Positions 19,125 through 28,800 of a DNA stretch of 40,155 bases are shown in pieces (positions within the stretch are counted from its first letter, which is position 1; each line of letters begins with the position of its first letter). This DNA comes from an uncultured bacterium. Lineage in GTDB: Bacteria > B130-G9. Made by a program: the position numbers and the translations under genes. The DNA lies in contig CBDVDH010000036.1 in the NCBI GenBank assembly GCA_965372715.1, positions 1 to 40,155 on the forward strand, read 5' to 3'. The notes beneath the pieces are model-generated. The model was given only the letters and a program-made list of their open reading frames with translations, made no database searches and was not told the DNA's origin.

Positions 19125-19417
19125 AGAGATTCAAGGCGGCACTCGAGAGGCGAGGCATTACGACTGCCAGAATAGTGCTGTATGGCTCACACTGCGCGGG
19201 CAGCGCTCGTGAGTATAGCGATATCGATGTGGTGGTGGTCTCGGACGACTTTGCTCGCATGGGGCTTTACGACAGGTTGTGCGTCCTTGGGCAAGCTGTA
19301 GCAGATGTTTTCGAGCCTATCGAGCCGCTACCTTATACTGTCGCGGAGTACGAGGCGATGGGTCCGGGGACGTTCATTGGGCAGGAGGTGAAGCCCAAGG
19401 GCATCGTGATGACGTAG
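19097..19417 (+). CDS. Minimal nucleotidyltransferase (MNT, DNA pol beta superfamily)
   Basis: LYGS..AG....SDIDVVVVSDDF (GS-x10-DxD), 106 aa, overlaps the HEPN fragment end. Confidence 0.9.
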   Translation: MDKKIVEIIKRFKAALERRGITTARIVLYGSHCAGSAREYSDIDVVVVSDDFARMGLYDRLCVLGQAVADVFEPIEPLPYTVAEYEAMGPGTFIGQEVKPKGIVMT

Positions 19418-19488
19418 CCCGTGTGCAAAGGGGGCGTACAGAGCAGCGGGGCAGATTTCCCCAACGGCGGGATTCAAGACTCGGCTGG

Positions 19489-19532
19489 TGTCCTTTCACC
19501 CTTTTCACCTTTTCCCCTCTCTCCCTTTCGCC
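19489..19532. repeat. Degenerate pyrimidine-rich octamer tandem repeat (CCTTTTCA-like)
   Basis: TGTCCTTTCACCCTTTTCACCTTTTCCCCTCTCTCCCTTTCGCC. Confidence 0.45.
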
Positions 19533-19558
19533 CGGTTCCGTTTCACGGAGATTGAAGT

Positions 19559-19587
19559 TTGACGTACTTAGCGCAATTGGCTATAGT
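19559..19587 (+). promoter_or_regulatory. Sigma70-like promoter for the MTase gene
   Basis: TTGACG-17 nt-TATAGT, about 140 nt upstream of GTG 19726. Confidence 0.6.
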
Positions 19588-19725
19588 ACTGCGGTGCGGG
19601 TATTATCCTGCGTTATCTGTCCTAAAAGCTCCCCAGATATGGGGATGGTGGTAACGATAAGCCACGTGTGTTTGCGGGTAACTGTGGCTGTTCTATGGCT
19701 AACATTGTGAAGCGAGGCAAGTTAA

Positions 19726-21189
19726 GTGGCTCAGAGATTGGAAGTGGTTGATCAAGACCACAGAAAAGGATACTTCACGCCGGCCGGGGTTGTGGAGTTC
19801 ATGATAGAGAACAGCGAGGTCCGCAAGGATGCGAGGATAATCGATCCGGCGGCCGGTGACGGAGCTTTCATTCAGACATTGGTTAAACGAGGCTACCGCA
19901 AGGTTTGGGCCATCGAGCTTCAGGATGAGCGTTTGGCTCAGATTCGGGAGCGTTTGATGGCTTATAGCGGGCTTAGCCTTCTTGCAGGGGATGCACTCAA
20001 TCTCGCCACTCTCGGCAGCTGGGCGATAGGAACGTTTGACGTGGCGATCGGCAACCCACCGTTTTCGTATCAGCGGTCGAGGATAGACGATAAGAGCATC
20101 CTTGCCAATTATGAGCTAGGCCGGCCTAAGCAGGCAGTTGAGATACTCTTCCTGGAGCGGTTCATTCAGCTGGTTCGGCCCAGCGGGCTGGTCAGGATCA
20201 TCCTGCCAATGAGCGTGTTTTCCAACACAACCCTACAATACGTGCGTGATTACATCATGGAGAATCTCTGGGTCGAGGCTGTGGTTGGCTTGCCCAGACA
20301 CACGTTCGGCGGCACGTCGGCAAAGACGGCCATTCTGTTCGGTCAGAAGAGGGGCAGGGACTGGAACACTCGTGCCGACTTATGGCATCAGAAACGGGTC
20401 AGGCTGGCGAGCATTCCGGACGTCAAGTCTCTGACCGACCTTGCGGCCTTGTCGATAGACAAGCCTAATGGAGGCATGCAGGTCAGCATGGCAGAGATTC
20501 AACGTAGGATGGACCCTGATTACCACTTCGCCGGGGCGCGGATATCTGAGATGCTCGATGGTTCAAAGGTCTCATTTGAGCCGCTTTCCGAGCTTGCGGA
20601 CATCCGTACGGGCTTCGTCAAGTACGGCGAGAAGACACGGCTGATCTATTCATCCGTGCCGAAGAGAGGTCCAGACAAGGACAAATACACTCGCCTGCTG
20701 AAGGCCAAGAACCTCTCGATTTACGGATTCAGGTTCGGCGAGGACGACTTTTTCATCCGCACCGATGAGGAGGTATTCAGGACTTGGGCGTGCGTAGAGG
20801 TTGGCGAGGTGATGGTTGTGCGAGTCGGCGCCGGCTGCGTTGGCCGCGCGACATGCGTGATAGACGACCGGTATAAGGGTCAGGCGGACGATTGGATGCT
20901 CATAGTCAGGCCCGAGAGTCTCAATCCGTCATTCCTCGCGTTCTATCTCAATAGCTCGATCGGTAAGGCCTTTGTCCAGAAGGAGGCGCAGGGCACCGGA
21001 ACAGTCAGCATTAGCAAGGGCAAGCTCCAGAAGGTCCTGGTACCGATTATAGCGGACAGCGAGCAGGACGAATTTGCGTCTGAAGTCAGGAAGATGTATG
21101 AGGCGCAGCGGCTGGGAAGGCCCGATAAGGCCAAATCGATCTTCGACTCACTTGAGAGGAAGCTGCAAAACCTCGTCCTGAGGCGATAG
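19726..21189 (+). CDS. N6-adenine DNA methyltransferase fused to a single HsdS-like target recognition domain
   Basis: GYFTP, IIDPAAGDGAF, AIGNPPF, LFLERFI.L..PSG...IILP; C-terminal GEVMVVRVG.G.VG...FLAFYLNS..G...V...AQGTG..SISK..L..V.VP; no nuclease domain visible. Confidence 0.85.
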   Translation: MAQRLEVVDQDHRKGYFTPAGVVEFMIENSEVRKDARIIDPAAGDGAFIQTLVKRGYRKVWAIELQDERLAQIRERLMAYSGLSLLAGDALNLATLGSWAIGTFDVAIGNPPFSYQRSRIDDKSILANYELGRPKQAVEILFLERFIQLVRPSGLVRIILPMSVFSNTTLQYVRDYIMENLWVEAVVGLPRHTFGGTSAKTAILFGQKRGRDWNTRADLWHQKRVRLASIPDVKSLTDLAALSIDKPNGGMQVSMAEIQRRMDPDYHFAGARISEMLDGSKVSFEPLSELADIRTGFVKYGEKTRLIYSSVPKRGPDKDKYTRLLKAKNLSIYGFRFGEDDFFIRTDEEVFRTWACVEVGEVMVVRVGAGCVGRATCVIDDRYKGQADDWMLIVRPESLNPSFLAFYLNSSIGKAFVQKEAQGTGTVSISKGKLQKVLVPIIADSEQDEFASEVRKMYEAQRLGRPDKAKSIFDSLERKLQNLVLRR

Positions 21190-21389
21190 GCGGCAGGCCG
21201 CCGCACGTGCGGCGCTTCGGCGTCAGAGGCGAGCGCGCCCCGCGGCGGGGCCTACCCCACAAAGTCAACCTGCTTGCTCCGCGGCCCCTGACCTGAGACC
21301 ATGGGGAGCGCAGCAATCCACACGACGCTGAACCGGGGTGAGCGCATCAAAGAGCAAGAACCTATCGAACCGGGGAGCGTCGGGAGGCG

Positions 21390-22082
21390 CTATTTGAGGC
21401 TGAAATTAAAGGTGTACTTAGCCATGCAGGGTACTGGATGACCGGCTTGAATCGCCGGTTTGAATTTGAATCTATAAATGGCCATTACGGCTTCCTTTAT
21501 GAACTGCTCCCTGAACTTGTCGCCAGTGGCGTGGAGAACGTCATGGCCTATGACATCTCCGTTTGCGTCCACCACCAGGCTAAAAACCACAATGGCTTCC
21601 TTGCCGACCTGTTGCGCCAGCGTGGGATAGCTCGGCTTCACTTCCTTGATGACCTCCGGAAGCTGACTGACCTCCCATGAGTTATAGACTCTCATCTCCT
21701 CGCCGACCTCAATGTCTGGCTCGTCGGGGATGCCCCAGATGAAATCCTCATCTATGGGGATGTCCTCGATCTCAGGTTCTGGCTCAAGCTCCTGTATCTC
21801 CTCGGGCTGGTCCGGCGTTGGATCGGGAACGGGAATGATGACCGTCGGCTTCTCCGTCTTCTTCTTCGGAGGCGGCTTGACCTCCGGCTTCTCCTTCGGC
21901 GGCGGACGCCAGCGCCTGATCGTCACCTTGCGCTTCACGCTATCCCCAATTGTCATGCCCTTCATCTCGGGGAACGTGAAATAGAAAAGCCATAGATGAA
22001 ACAAGACGCCGGCGATGATGGCGCGGATGAGACGCTTTCGGTCGAGCTTCTGCCTTTCCTCGAGAACAAGCGCAACTTTCAC
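21390..22082 (-). CDS. tonB: Energy transducer TonB
   Basis: N-terminal TM helix with His (AGVLFHLWL), Pro/Lys-rich and Glu/Pro-rich linker, C-terminal P.YP.LA...G.E..V.....VDANGDV...FKFKPA...G.PV; GTG 22082 with GGAGG RBS and GTGA overlap with ExbB. Confidence 0.88.
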   Translation of the reverse strand: MKVALVLEERQKLDRKRLIRAIIAGVLFHLWLFYFTFPEMKGMTIGDSVKRKVTIRRWRPPPKEKPEVKPPPKKKTEKPTVIIPVPDPTPDQPEEIQELEPEPEIEDIPIDEDFIWGIPDEPDIEVGEEMRVYNSWEVSQLPEVIKEVKPSYPTLAQQVGKEAIVVFSLVVDANGDVIGHDVLHATGDKFREQFIKEAVMAIYRFKFKPAIQAGHPVPCMAKYTFNFSLK

Positions 22083-22981
22083 TTCTTGTCCTCCTTTTTT
22101 GGCGGTAGCTCGCACTTCTCGGCTGCGAACGTCTCATCCGGGCCGTCCAACTCGCCCGTCATCATTGAGAACAACATTGTCAGCAGGTATGCGCCCTCCT
22201 GCATCATGACCGCGATTCTGCTGACCCGCGTCGCGAAGTAGTTATAGGCGCCGGACGCCGGGATGGCGACCGCGAGCCCGGCGGCGGACATGATAAGGGC
22301 CTGAGATATGCCCTCGCTGATGTCCTGCGGGCTGACGACCCTCTTCATGCCGATGACGTGGAATGCCAGAATGATGCCCCAAACCGTGCCCAAGAAGCCA
22401 ATGAGCGGCGCTATGTTCGACACGCTGGCAAGCGCGGGCAGGCCCCTCTCGAGGCGCCCCATCTCCGCCTGACCGGCGCGCTCGACCGCGCTCTCAATAC
22501 CGCTCATCTCGCCCGCTTGATATTTCTCTAAGCCAGCGACCGTCATCGTCGCAACGGGCGACCTCTGAAACTCCTCGCTTCGCGCCTCAAGCTGCTCAGG
22601 CTCGACGTCCGTCCGGCAGGCAAGCGCCTCGAGCGTCTTCAGCATCTTCCTCGTAGCCCTGGCCTCGGCCGAGAGGCTCACCAGTCTATCGAAGAGAAAA
22701 ACGACGCCGACGAACGAGGCGAACAGAATCGGCCACATAAAGGGGCCGCCGCTCTTGAAGAGCTCCATCACCTGGCCGCCACCGGCGGAGAAGCCTATCG
22801 ACGACCAAAACGACGTTGGCTCGGGAGCGGGTGCGGCGGCAGCGACCTTCTGGACAAGCGACGCTACGGTCGAAACCGTGGCGATTGTGGAGCCGGCCGT
22901 TGCGCTGGTTGAGATAGTGCTCAGCGTCGCGCCGGTCGACGCGGCGGTCGAGATTGAACTCAAAGTTACTGCTTCAAGCAT
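22079..22981 (-). CDS. MotA/TolQ/ExbB proton channel protein (paralogue 1) with Ser/Thr/Ala-rich N-terminus
   Basis: GGPFMWPI, L..VSNIAPLIGFLGTVWGII.AF, GISQAL..SAAGL.VAIPA..AYNYF; ATG 22981 has a GGGAG RBS (ORF-track start 23011 is an alternative). Confidence 0.9.
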   Translation of the reverse strand: MLEAVTLSSISTAASTGATLSTISTSATAGSTIATVSTVASLVQKVAAAAPAPEPTSFWSSIGFSAGGGQVMELFKSGGPFMWPILFASFVGVVFLFDRLVSLSAEARATRKMLKTLEALACRTDVEPEQLEARSEEFQRSPVATMTVAGLEKYQAGEMSGIESAVERAGQAEMGRLERGLPALASVSNIAPLIGFLGTVWGIILAFHVIGMKRVVSPQDISEGISQALIMSAAGLAVAIPASGAYNYFATRVSRIAVMMQEGAYLLTMLFSMMTGELDGPDETFAAEKCELPPKKEDKK

Positions 22982-23705
22982 CGTGGCTCCCGGTGCGCTC
23001 AATTCGTTCATCGGAGATCACTCTGCCGTCGAGTAGCTTTATGATCCTGTGGGCGTTCATCGCGACTTTTTGCTCGTGCGTTACGACGATCAACGTATTG
23101 CCCTGCTCGTGCAGCTCGGCAAAGACGCGCATTATCTCATCCCCTGTCTTGCTGTCCAGGTTCCCGGTCGGCTCGTCAGCGAGTAACAAGCTCGGATTGT
23201 TGGCGAGCGCCCTTGCGAGCGCCACTCGTTGTCGCTCGCCGCCCGAAAGCTCGCCGGGTTTGTGCTTGGTCCGCTCGCCAAGGCCAATCAACTTGAGCAT
23301 CTCAAGCGCCCTTTTCTTACGCTTCCGCCTCGACCCGCTTGTGTATAGCATCGGCAGTTCGACGTTGCGAAGCGCGGAGGTCCTTGCCAGAAGATTGAAA
23401 GTCTGAAACACGAAGCCGACCTTCTCGCCTCTTATCTTTGCCAGCTCCCTGTCGTTCTTCTCGTCGATGGGGTCCCCTTCGAGGTGGTAGCTGCCAGTCG
23501 TCGCCCTGTCGAGGCAGCCGATGATGTTCATCAACGTCGTCTTGCCCGACCCAGAAGGCCCCATTATCGCGACGTACTCGTTATCTCGCACGGTGAGCGA
23601 CACGTCGTCCAGAACGCGCAGCTCCCTGCTGCCCATGATATAGGACTTACTCACCTTGTGGAGCCTGATCAGCTCGTGTCCGTTATCACCAGGCCGACCT
23701 GCCAT
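22974..23705 (-). CDS. ABC transporter ATP-binding protein (LolD/MacB-like)
   Basis: Walker A GPSGSGKTT, GFVFQTFNL, LSGGERQRVALARAL, LLADEPTGNLD, VTHE; no permease gene adjacent. Confidence 0.93.
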   Translation of the reverse strand: MAGRPGDNGHELIRLHKVSKSYIMGSRELRVLDDVSLTVRDNEYVAIMGPSGSGKTTLMNIIGCLDRATTGSYHLEGDPIDEKNDRELAKIRGEKVGFVFQTFNLLARTSALRNVELPMLYTSGSRRKRKKRALEMLKLIGLGERTKHKPGELSGGERQRVALARALANNPSLLLADEPTGNLDSKTGDEIMRVFAELHEQGNTLIVVTHEQKVAMNAHRIIKLLDGRVISDERIERTGSHDA

Positions 23706-23740
23706 TCTGGCTACTCAATCACCTCGAAGTCGGCTCTTTT

Positions 23741-23910
23741 GGAGTGCGGCGGCCTGACGCCGCTTTGGCTCGCCGCGGCCCGACGCGGCTCCCCGCCCGA
23801 TGCATCACACCTCATTCACCAATCCCCCAACATCAACGTTCACAAAGCGAGAAATCGTACGGCGGTGCCAGGTCACCGCCAATGAAAGCGGCGTCAGGCC
23901 GCCGCACTCC
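23741..23910. repeat. 170-bp element bounded by perfect 26-bp inverted repeats (REPIN/MITE-like)
   Basis: GGAGTGCGGCGGCCTGACGCCGCTTT (23741-23766) and its exact reverse complement (23885-23910); each arm is itself an imperfect hairpin. Confidence 0.8.
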
Positions 23911-23988
23911 ATAAGGGCCACCAGCCGCCTGAGTCGATATGAATTCTCGAGGCTCACATTGATTACCGCTCGATCGTCTCGCCGTCAA

Positions 23989-25599
23989 CTACTCAATTAC
24001 CTCGAAGTTGGTGTGCGCGAGGAGCTCAACGCCCTCCACAATGTCAACCACGCGAATGTGCAGCTTATACTCTCCGGGGTCGATGATGTCGGGTCGAATA
24101 GGCAGCCGATAGACCTGCATCTGGTTCCTTCCGCCCTCCTCGGGAGCAAGGAACTTGTAGCTGAAGACGATGTGGTCAGGGTCGTCGCGGGTTGAGATCG
24201 AGTATTGCACCATGAACTTCGGCGCCCCCGTGCCGGCGATTGCCAGGTTGTATATCTCGTAATAGACGCCCAGGATGCCGCCCATGCGATAGACGCCCGC
24301 GGGGTTGGGCAGCACCTCATATCCGTGCTTCACGAACATCGAGAGCTCGGTCGCCAGTCTTAGGGTCGAGGCGAGCTCGATGCTCGAAAGGCTCAATTTC
24401 CGGGGCTCGATTATCCTGACCTCGAACGTCTGCCGAATATAGCCATACCTCTTGGACTTCTGATCAATGGCCACAGCCTCGATCTCATAGACGCCCGGCT
24501 CAAGCAACGCCCCAGCGATATAGATGAAGAATCTGTCCTGAGCGGCGGTGTCCTCCTCGTGCTTCTCGATCGCGAAACGGCGCCGGACCGTGCCGCCGAC
24601 GAGATAGCGTTCGCTGTCGTAGAGCCGGGTGGAGATCACCATCTCAGCCTTGAAGCCCTCTTCCTCATCGATCTCGAATTGAAGGTCGGTATTGGGGATA
24701 ACGAAGTCGAACTCGACCATGTTGGCCCGGCCGGGCGAGTCGAACGTCAGCACGCCGACGTTAAGTTGGAGCGTCGAATCTTCGGGCGTTATGGGAACCG
24801 CGGCCTTGAACGGATCGTTGACGCCTTGCTCGATGTCGATGACCGACTCATCAGACAGGGTCGTTCCGTCGGCCTTGGTCTCCCATTCGCCGCCGCCAGC
24901 CCTCGTGCTTCGCCGGTAGCTGTAATCGCCGTCCTTCCGCCTCTGCTCGCCGTCGAATGTCTCGCCCACGTCGAAGTCCTCAAAGGCGGAGGCGCTGGAC
25001 TCGGAGGCCTGGTCGAACCCGGACGCGCGGACTTTTTCATCCGGGCTGTTTGACGTGTCCTTGATCGAGCCGCGCATCTCGTAATCGCCTGTCATGTGCG
25101 TGTCAACGAAGAGAAAGTTTATATCCGTCCCGACGTAGGGGATGTAGTCGTAGGACCACTTCTCGTAAGGCTTTGAATACCAGCCGCCCATGAGCGCCAC
25201 ATCGCCCATCGGACGCGACTCGATCTCGTTGGGACGGCCGTATTTGACGAATATCTTGCCTCTGTCAGTCTTCCAGCCGGGCTTCTTGCCCCAGCCAAAC
25301 TTCTTCTCGGCGTAGCGCAGCCGCTTGTAGTGCTCCAGCTTGTATTCGTTGACGGGCGTATCGGGCGTCGGGTCCCGCCTCTTCCAGAACGCCTCGAGCC
25401 ACTTGGCTCGTTCGCCGGGCGTGAGCTCAACGTATTCGCCGAGCTCCTCGTCAGTGGCTACGTAGCGTATCTCGTTGAACGTCTCCTTGCCGGACTCGTC
25501 GAGGTTGTCATACGCAAGGTAAACGATGCCGCCGCAACCCACGCTCAGAGACAGGGCCAACAGCACCGGGCAAAACCTCACAAAAAACCGATTTATCAT
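23989..25599 (-). CDS. GWxTD domain-containing lipoprotein
   Basis: FWKRRDPTPDTP.NE...EHY.R..YA...F, GWKTDRGKIFVKYG.P, EKW.Y, FLFVD....GDY; start ATG 25599 (AAGGTGG upstream) followed by a signal peptide with lipobox-like SVGC; two C-terminal beta-sandwich-like domains. Confidence 0.88.
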   Translation of the reverse strand: MINRFFVRFCPVLLALSLSVGCGGIVYLAYDNLDESGKETFNEIRYVATDEELGEYVELTPGERAKWLEAFWKRRDPTPDTPVNEYKLEHYKRLRYAEKKFGWGKKPGWKTDRGKIFVKYGRPNEIESRPMGDVALMGGWYSKPYEKWSYDYIPYVGTDINFLFVDTHMTGDYEMRGSIKDTSNSPDEKVRASGFDQASESSASAFEDFDVGETFDGEQRRKDGDYSYRRSTRAGGGEWETKADGTTLSDESVIDIEQGVNDPFKAAVPITPEDSTLQLNVGVLTFDSPGRANMVEFDFVIPNTDLQFEIDEEEGFKAEMVISTRLYDSERYLVGGTVRRRFAIEKHEEDTAAQDRFFIYIAGALLEPGVYEIEAVAIDQKSKRYGYIRQTFEVRIIEPRKLSLSSIELASTLRLATELSMFVKHGYEVLPNPAGVYRMGGILGVYYEIYNLAIAGTGAPKFMVQYSISTRDDPDHIVFSYKFLAPEEGGRNQMQVYRLPIRPDIIDPGEYKLHIRVVDIVEGVELLAHTNFEVIE

Positions 25600-25721
25600 A
25601 TCACTCACCACCTTTTCCCACCGCGTTTCAACACGGTGATATGTATGGCTCTCAACGTTTTCGTAGGCCCTTTCCCTGAAGAGGGCGGTTCCTGAACCGC
25701 CCCTACGGGAACCTGCCGCAG

Positions 25722-25758
25722 ACCCTTTGTCCCTTTGTCCTTTTTTCCTCTTGTCCCC
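25722..25758. repeat. Octamer tandem repeat (CCCTTTGT-like)
   Basis: ACCCTTTGTCCCTTTGTCCTTTTTTCCTCTTGTCCCC in the M1-GWxTD intergenic region. Confidence 0.45.
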
Positions 25759-25784
25759 GCATTTTCTCATCACAATAAAGGAGA

Positions 25785-25808
25785 GGGGGGCGGCGTTCAC
25801 CACCCCCC
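25785..25808 (-). terminator. Possible hairpin/terminator after the M1 peptidase gene
   Basis: Minus strand GGGGGGTGG-TGAACG-CCGCCCCCC followed by CTCTCCTTTATT. Confidence 0.35.
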
Positions 25809-25841
25809 TGGAAGGAGAAACTAACAATGAGCCAGAAACCT

Positions 25842-28800
25842 CTATTTGATCTTCTTATACTTGACCTTCTTGATCTTCTTCGTCAGAACCGAGTCAAACT
25901 CGTCCAGCACGAGCTTCTTGGCCGGCCCACGAAGCTTGAGCTCGAACTCCTCAATCGGCTTCTCGCCAGTCAGCAGCACTGGTATGGCATACTTGTTACC
26001 CGACGTGTCATAGACCCAGATCGGGATACGGACCCTGAACTGGGCACCGGTGTGCTTGATCTTTATCTTCGCGGTGTTCCCGGAGATCTCGTAGCCGAAT
26101 TCGTAGCTCGGAATGCCCGTCCCATATATCCACTGATCGAAGAACCACTGCATATTGTCCTTGCCGAACAGGTTCAGCATGTTCTCCTTGCCGAGTGTCT
26201 GCTCCAGGACTTGGATGAAATCACTAGTTACCGCGCTCTTCCAATACATCGACTTGAGGATATTCCTACAGTAGGCGATGTACGCCTTGTCACCGATCAT
26301 GGAACGAAGATGATACAGCACGTATGGGCCCTTGTTGTAGAATGTGGCATACCACTCTAGATTCCTGGAGCCCAATCTGCCCCCCAGGGTCATAGGTCGA
26401 TCGACGCCCTGATTGATCATCATCAACGTCCAATCTCGCCACCTCTTGAGCTTCAGCCGGAACTCATCGTCGCTACGTGAGGCCTGCATGTAAAGTGCAC
26501 ATTGGTTCTCAGTGAACGCCTCCGAGAACCACTGATCCCGGCCAGCCTTCCAGCAAACGACGTGTCCCCAGTATTGATGACCAGCCTCATGCGCCCAGAA
26601 CTCTGCGCCCCAGCGCCCGGGAGGAACCTCATACAGTGCTTTGTCACCCTCAGAGACAAAGGACCAACCATCAAGTGTCAGCATGGAGGGCTGCCCTTGA
26701 CCATAACCGCTGGTTATTGGGAGCATTACTGCCGCGATCTTCTTATATGGCAGAGGATGATATAGTCCCTGTAACCACTTCCAGATGCTCTCAAACTCAG
26801 TAACAATGCTGTCAGGACTTCTCACAGAGAACTCCCTCTTGCGAATCCTGGTCAGATATGTCTGAGCACGTCCTCTATCGACGCCCGTGAGTCCGCCTAA
26901 AGCAGCGGAATAGAAGTCTCCATAGACGAGGTAGAAGTGCATCTTGGGGTAGTAATAGAGCATAAACTCGAGCTGCTCACCATTCGGCTTCTCGAACGTC
27001 TTCCTCGCCACGTTGTAGTCAGAATACAGAATGGCAGCCATACGGATGCACTCATCAGATGACCAATGTGCGAAGTTGGTCTTGTCTTCGCTCCATGAAT
27101 CCGTTAGGGCTCCGACGGAAGCGGCTGTGTAAGGCCTGGGGACACCAACCACAAGATCAAAGGTCGCGCATTCGAGATAACCATACACTGGGAACCACCT
27201 ACAATTCCCCGATGTGTAGGAGTTAGTGGTCAGCATTCTCTGGCAGATTACCCCGTTGTACTCCGACGTGAACTTGATCCGTTGGCCAAGCGCCAACGGC
27301 GGGTACACGAGCGTAAAATTGCCAATTCGCAGAACGTCGAGGCCTCTCTCATCCACGACATTTACCACCTCCTGCTTCTGCCCAAAGAAATACATGGAAA
27401 ACGGCAGAACATTCGTGTCAGCCTTTGTGATCTCCATATCAATAGTGGTCCTGAACTTGGCATATATCCCCGTGTACGCGCGCGCGATGACGCCATACTG
27501 GTCGCTGCTCAGAACCTCTTCCTTGTAACCGATATTCGTGTCAATTGCGCGGTGCAGCGTCTTGGCATCATCCGTCGGCTCGTATTCCGCCTCGCGCCGG
27601 GTCAGAGACTCCCTCTGGTCCTTCCTGTTATACGCACACCAGCTATCGAGTGTCTTTTCGTCGCCGGCCTTAAGGCGCATCTCGCGCCTCACATAGAGGT
27701 TTATTTCTTCTTGATCTCCACCACGCATCGATGGCGCTGACGTCGGATAGTCATAGTACCCGACCCACTGATACTTAGGGCCGTAGGCGAAAACATTACA
27801 CAGCTCATCGTAATCCTGAAAATAGTAAAGCGATACGAGCTTCTTTTCACCCTCGGGCTGCCCCTTATACGGCAGTTTTACGCCCCATTTGGTTCCGGCC
27901 AGCCAATCCATCTCGCCCTCAACAAGTTCCTCGGCGTTTTTCAACTCACCTCTGTCAGTGATCTCAAACTTCTCAAGGTCTTCAAGCTTGAGATAATTCT
28001 CGACGTTGGTCGGTGAGAAAAAGAAGATCAACTTTGTCAATTTGACGTCGTTGAACTCATCGACTTGCTTACCCGTAGCCTTTTCCGTAAAAAGCCTGAA
28101 CTCATTCAACTCTTGATCCGTTTCCCAATCCTTGGCCAGCTTGGTTGGTGGCCTGTAACTCATAGTGCCCTTGCCGAATACGACGCCCCCAATGATCTTC
28201 TCGTTGCCCGAGAAAACGGGATAGAAGCGGCCCTCAGTCATGGAAATGTGCATCAGGTCATGGTCGAAGCTGATGCTGCTGAACTTGTAGGCCGTATTCT
28301 TCCGCATGTGGCAGGTGTAAACCGGCTCGAACGAATACTCGATCTCCCGACCTATTACCGACCATTCATCATCCTTTTTCGCTAGCTTCATTCGCCAGAC
28401 CTCGAGCCGAGGGTCGTCGAACGTGCCGCGAACGATGAAGAGCGTGCCCGTGGGAACACCGTCAACCTTGGCCACGTTGATATCGTCCTTGCTAGGGATG
28501 ATCACGCCGGGACAGGTCTCCGGGTCCTCAAAGAGCTCATCTTCTTCCCACTTCTTCTGCTCGTCGGTTAGCTCGACTTCCTCTTTCTCCTCTTCGGCCT
28601 CCTTGTCCTCTTCATCTTCAGGCGGCTTCCAGGGGAACGTTACCGAGTCGAGACCGTCTTTTTCGAGCTTCTTCTCAAGCGCCTCGAACAGCTTCTTTAT
28701 CTCGGCCTTGTCCTCTTTTGGGACCTCCTTGCTCTCGTCGAGCCACCAGGTGCAGCTTTTGTCCTTGGGGATGCCGGTGTATGTTCCGCCATCCTCTTCG

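Noticed and set aside
21331-21381. Short direct repeat GAACCGGGG(TG)AGCG between convergent MTase and tonB genes
   Set aside because: Two short copies only; no structure or function can be supported.
25600-25827. ORF-track N-terminal extension of the GWxTD protein
   Set aside because: Runs through octamer repeats and a hairpin; a proper lipoprotein signal begins at ATG 25599.
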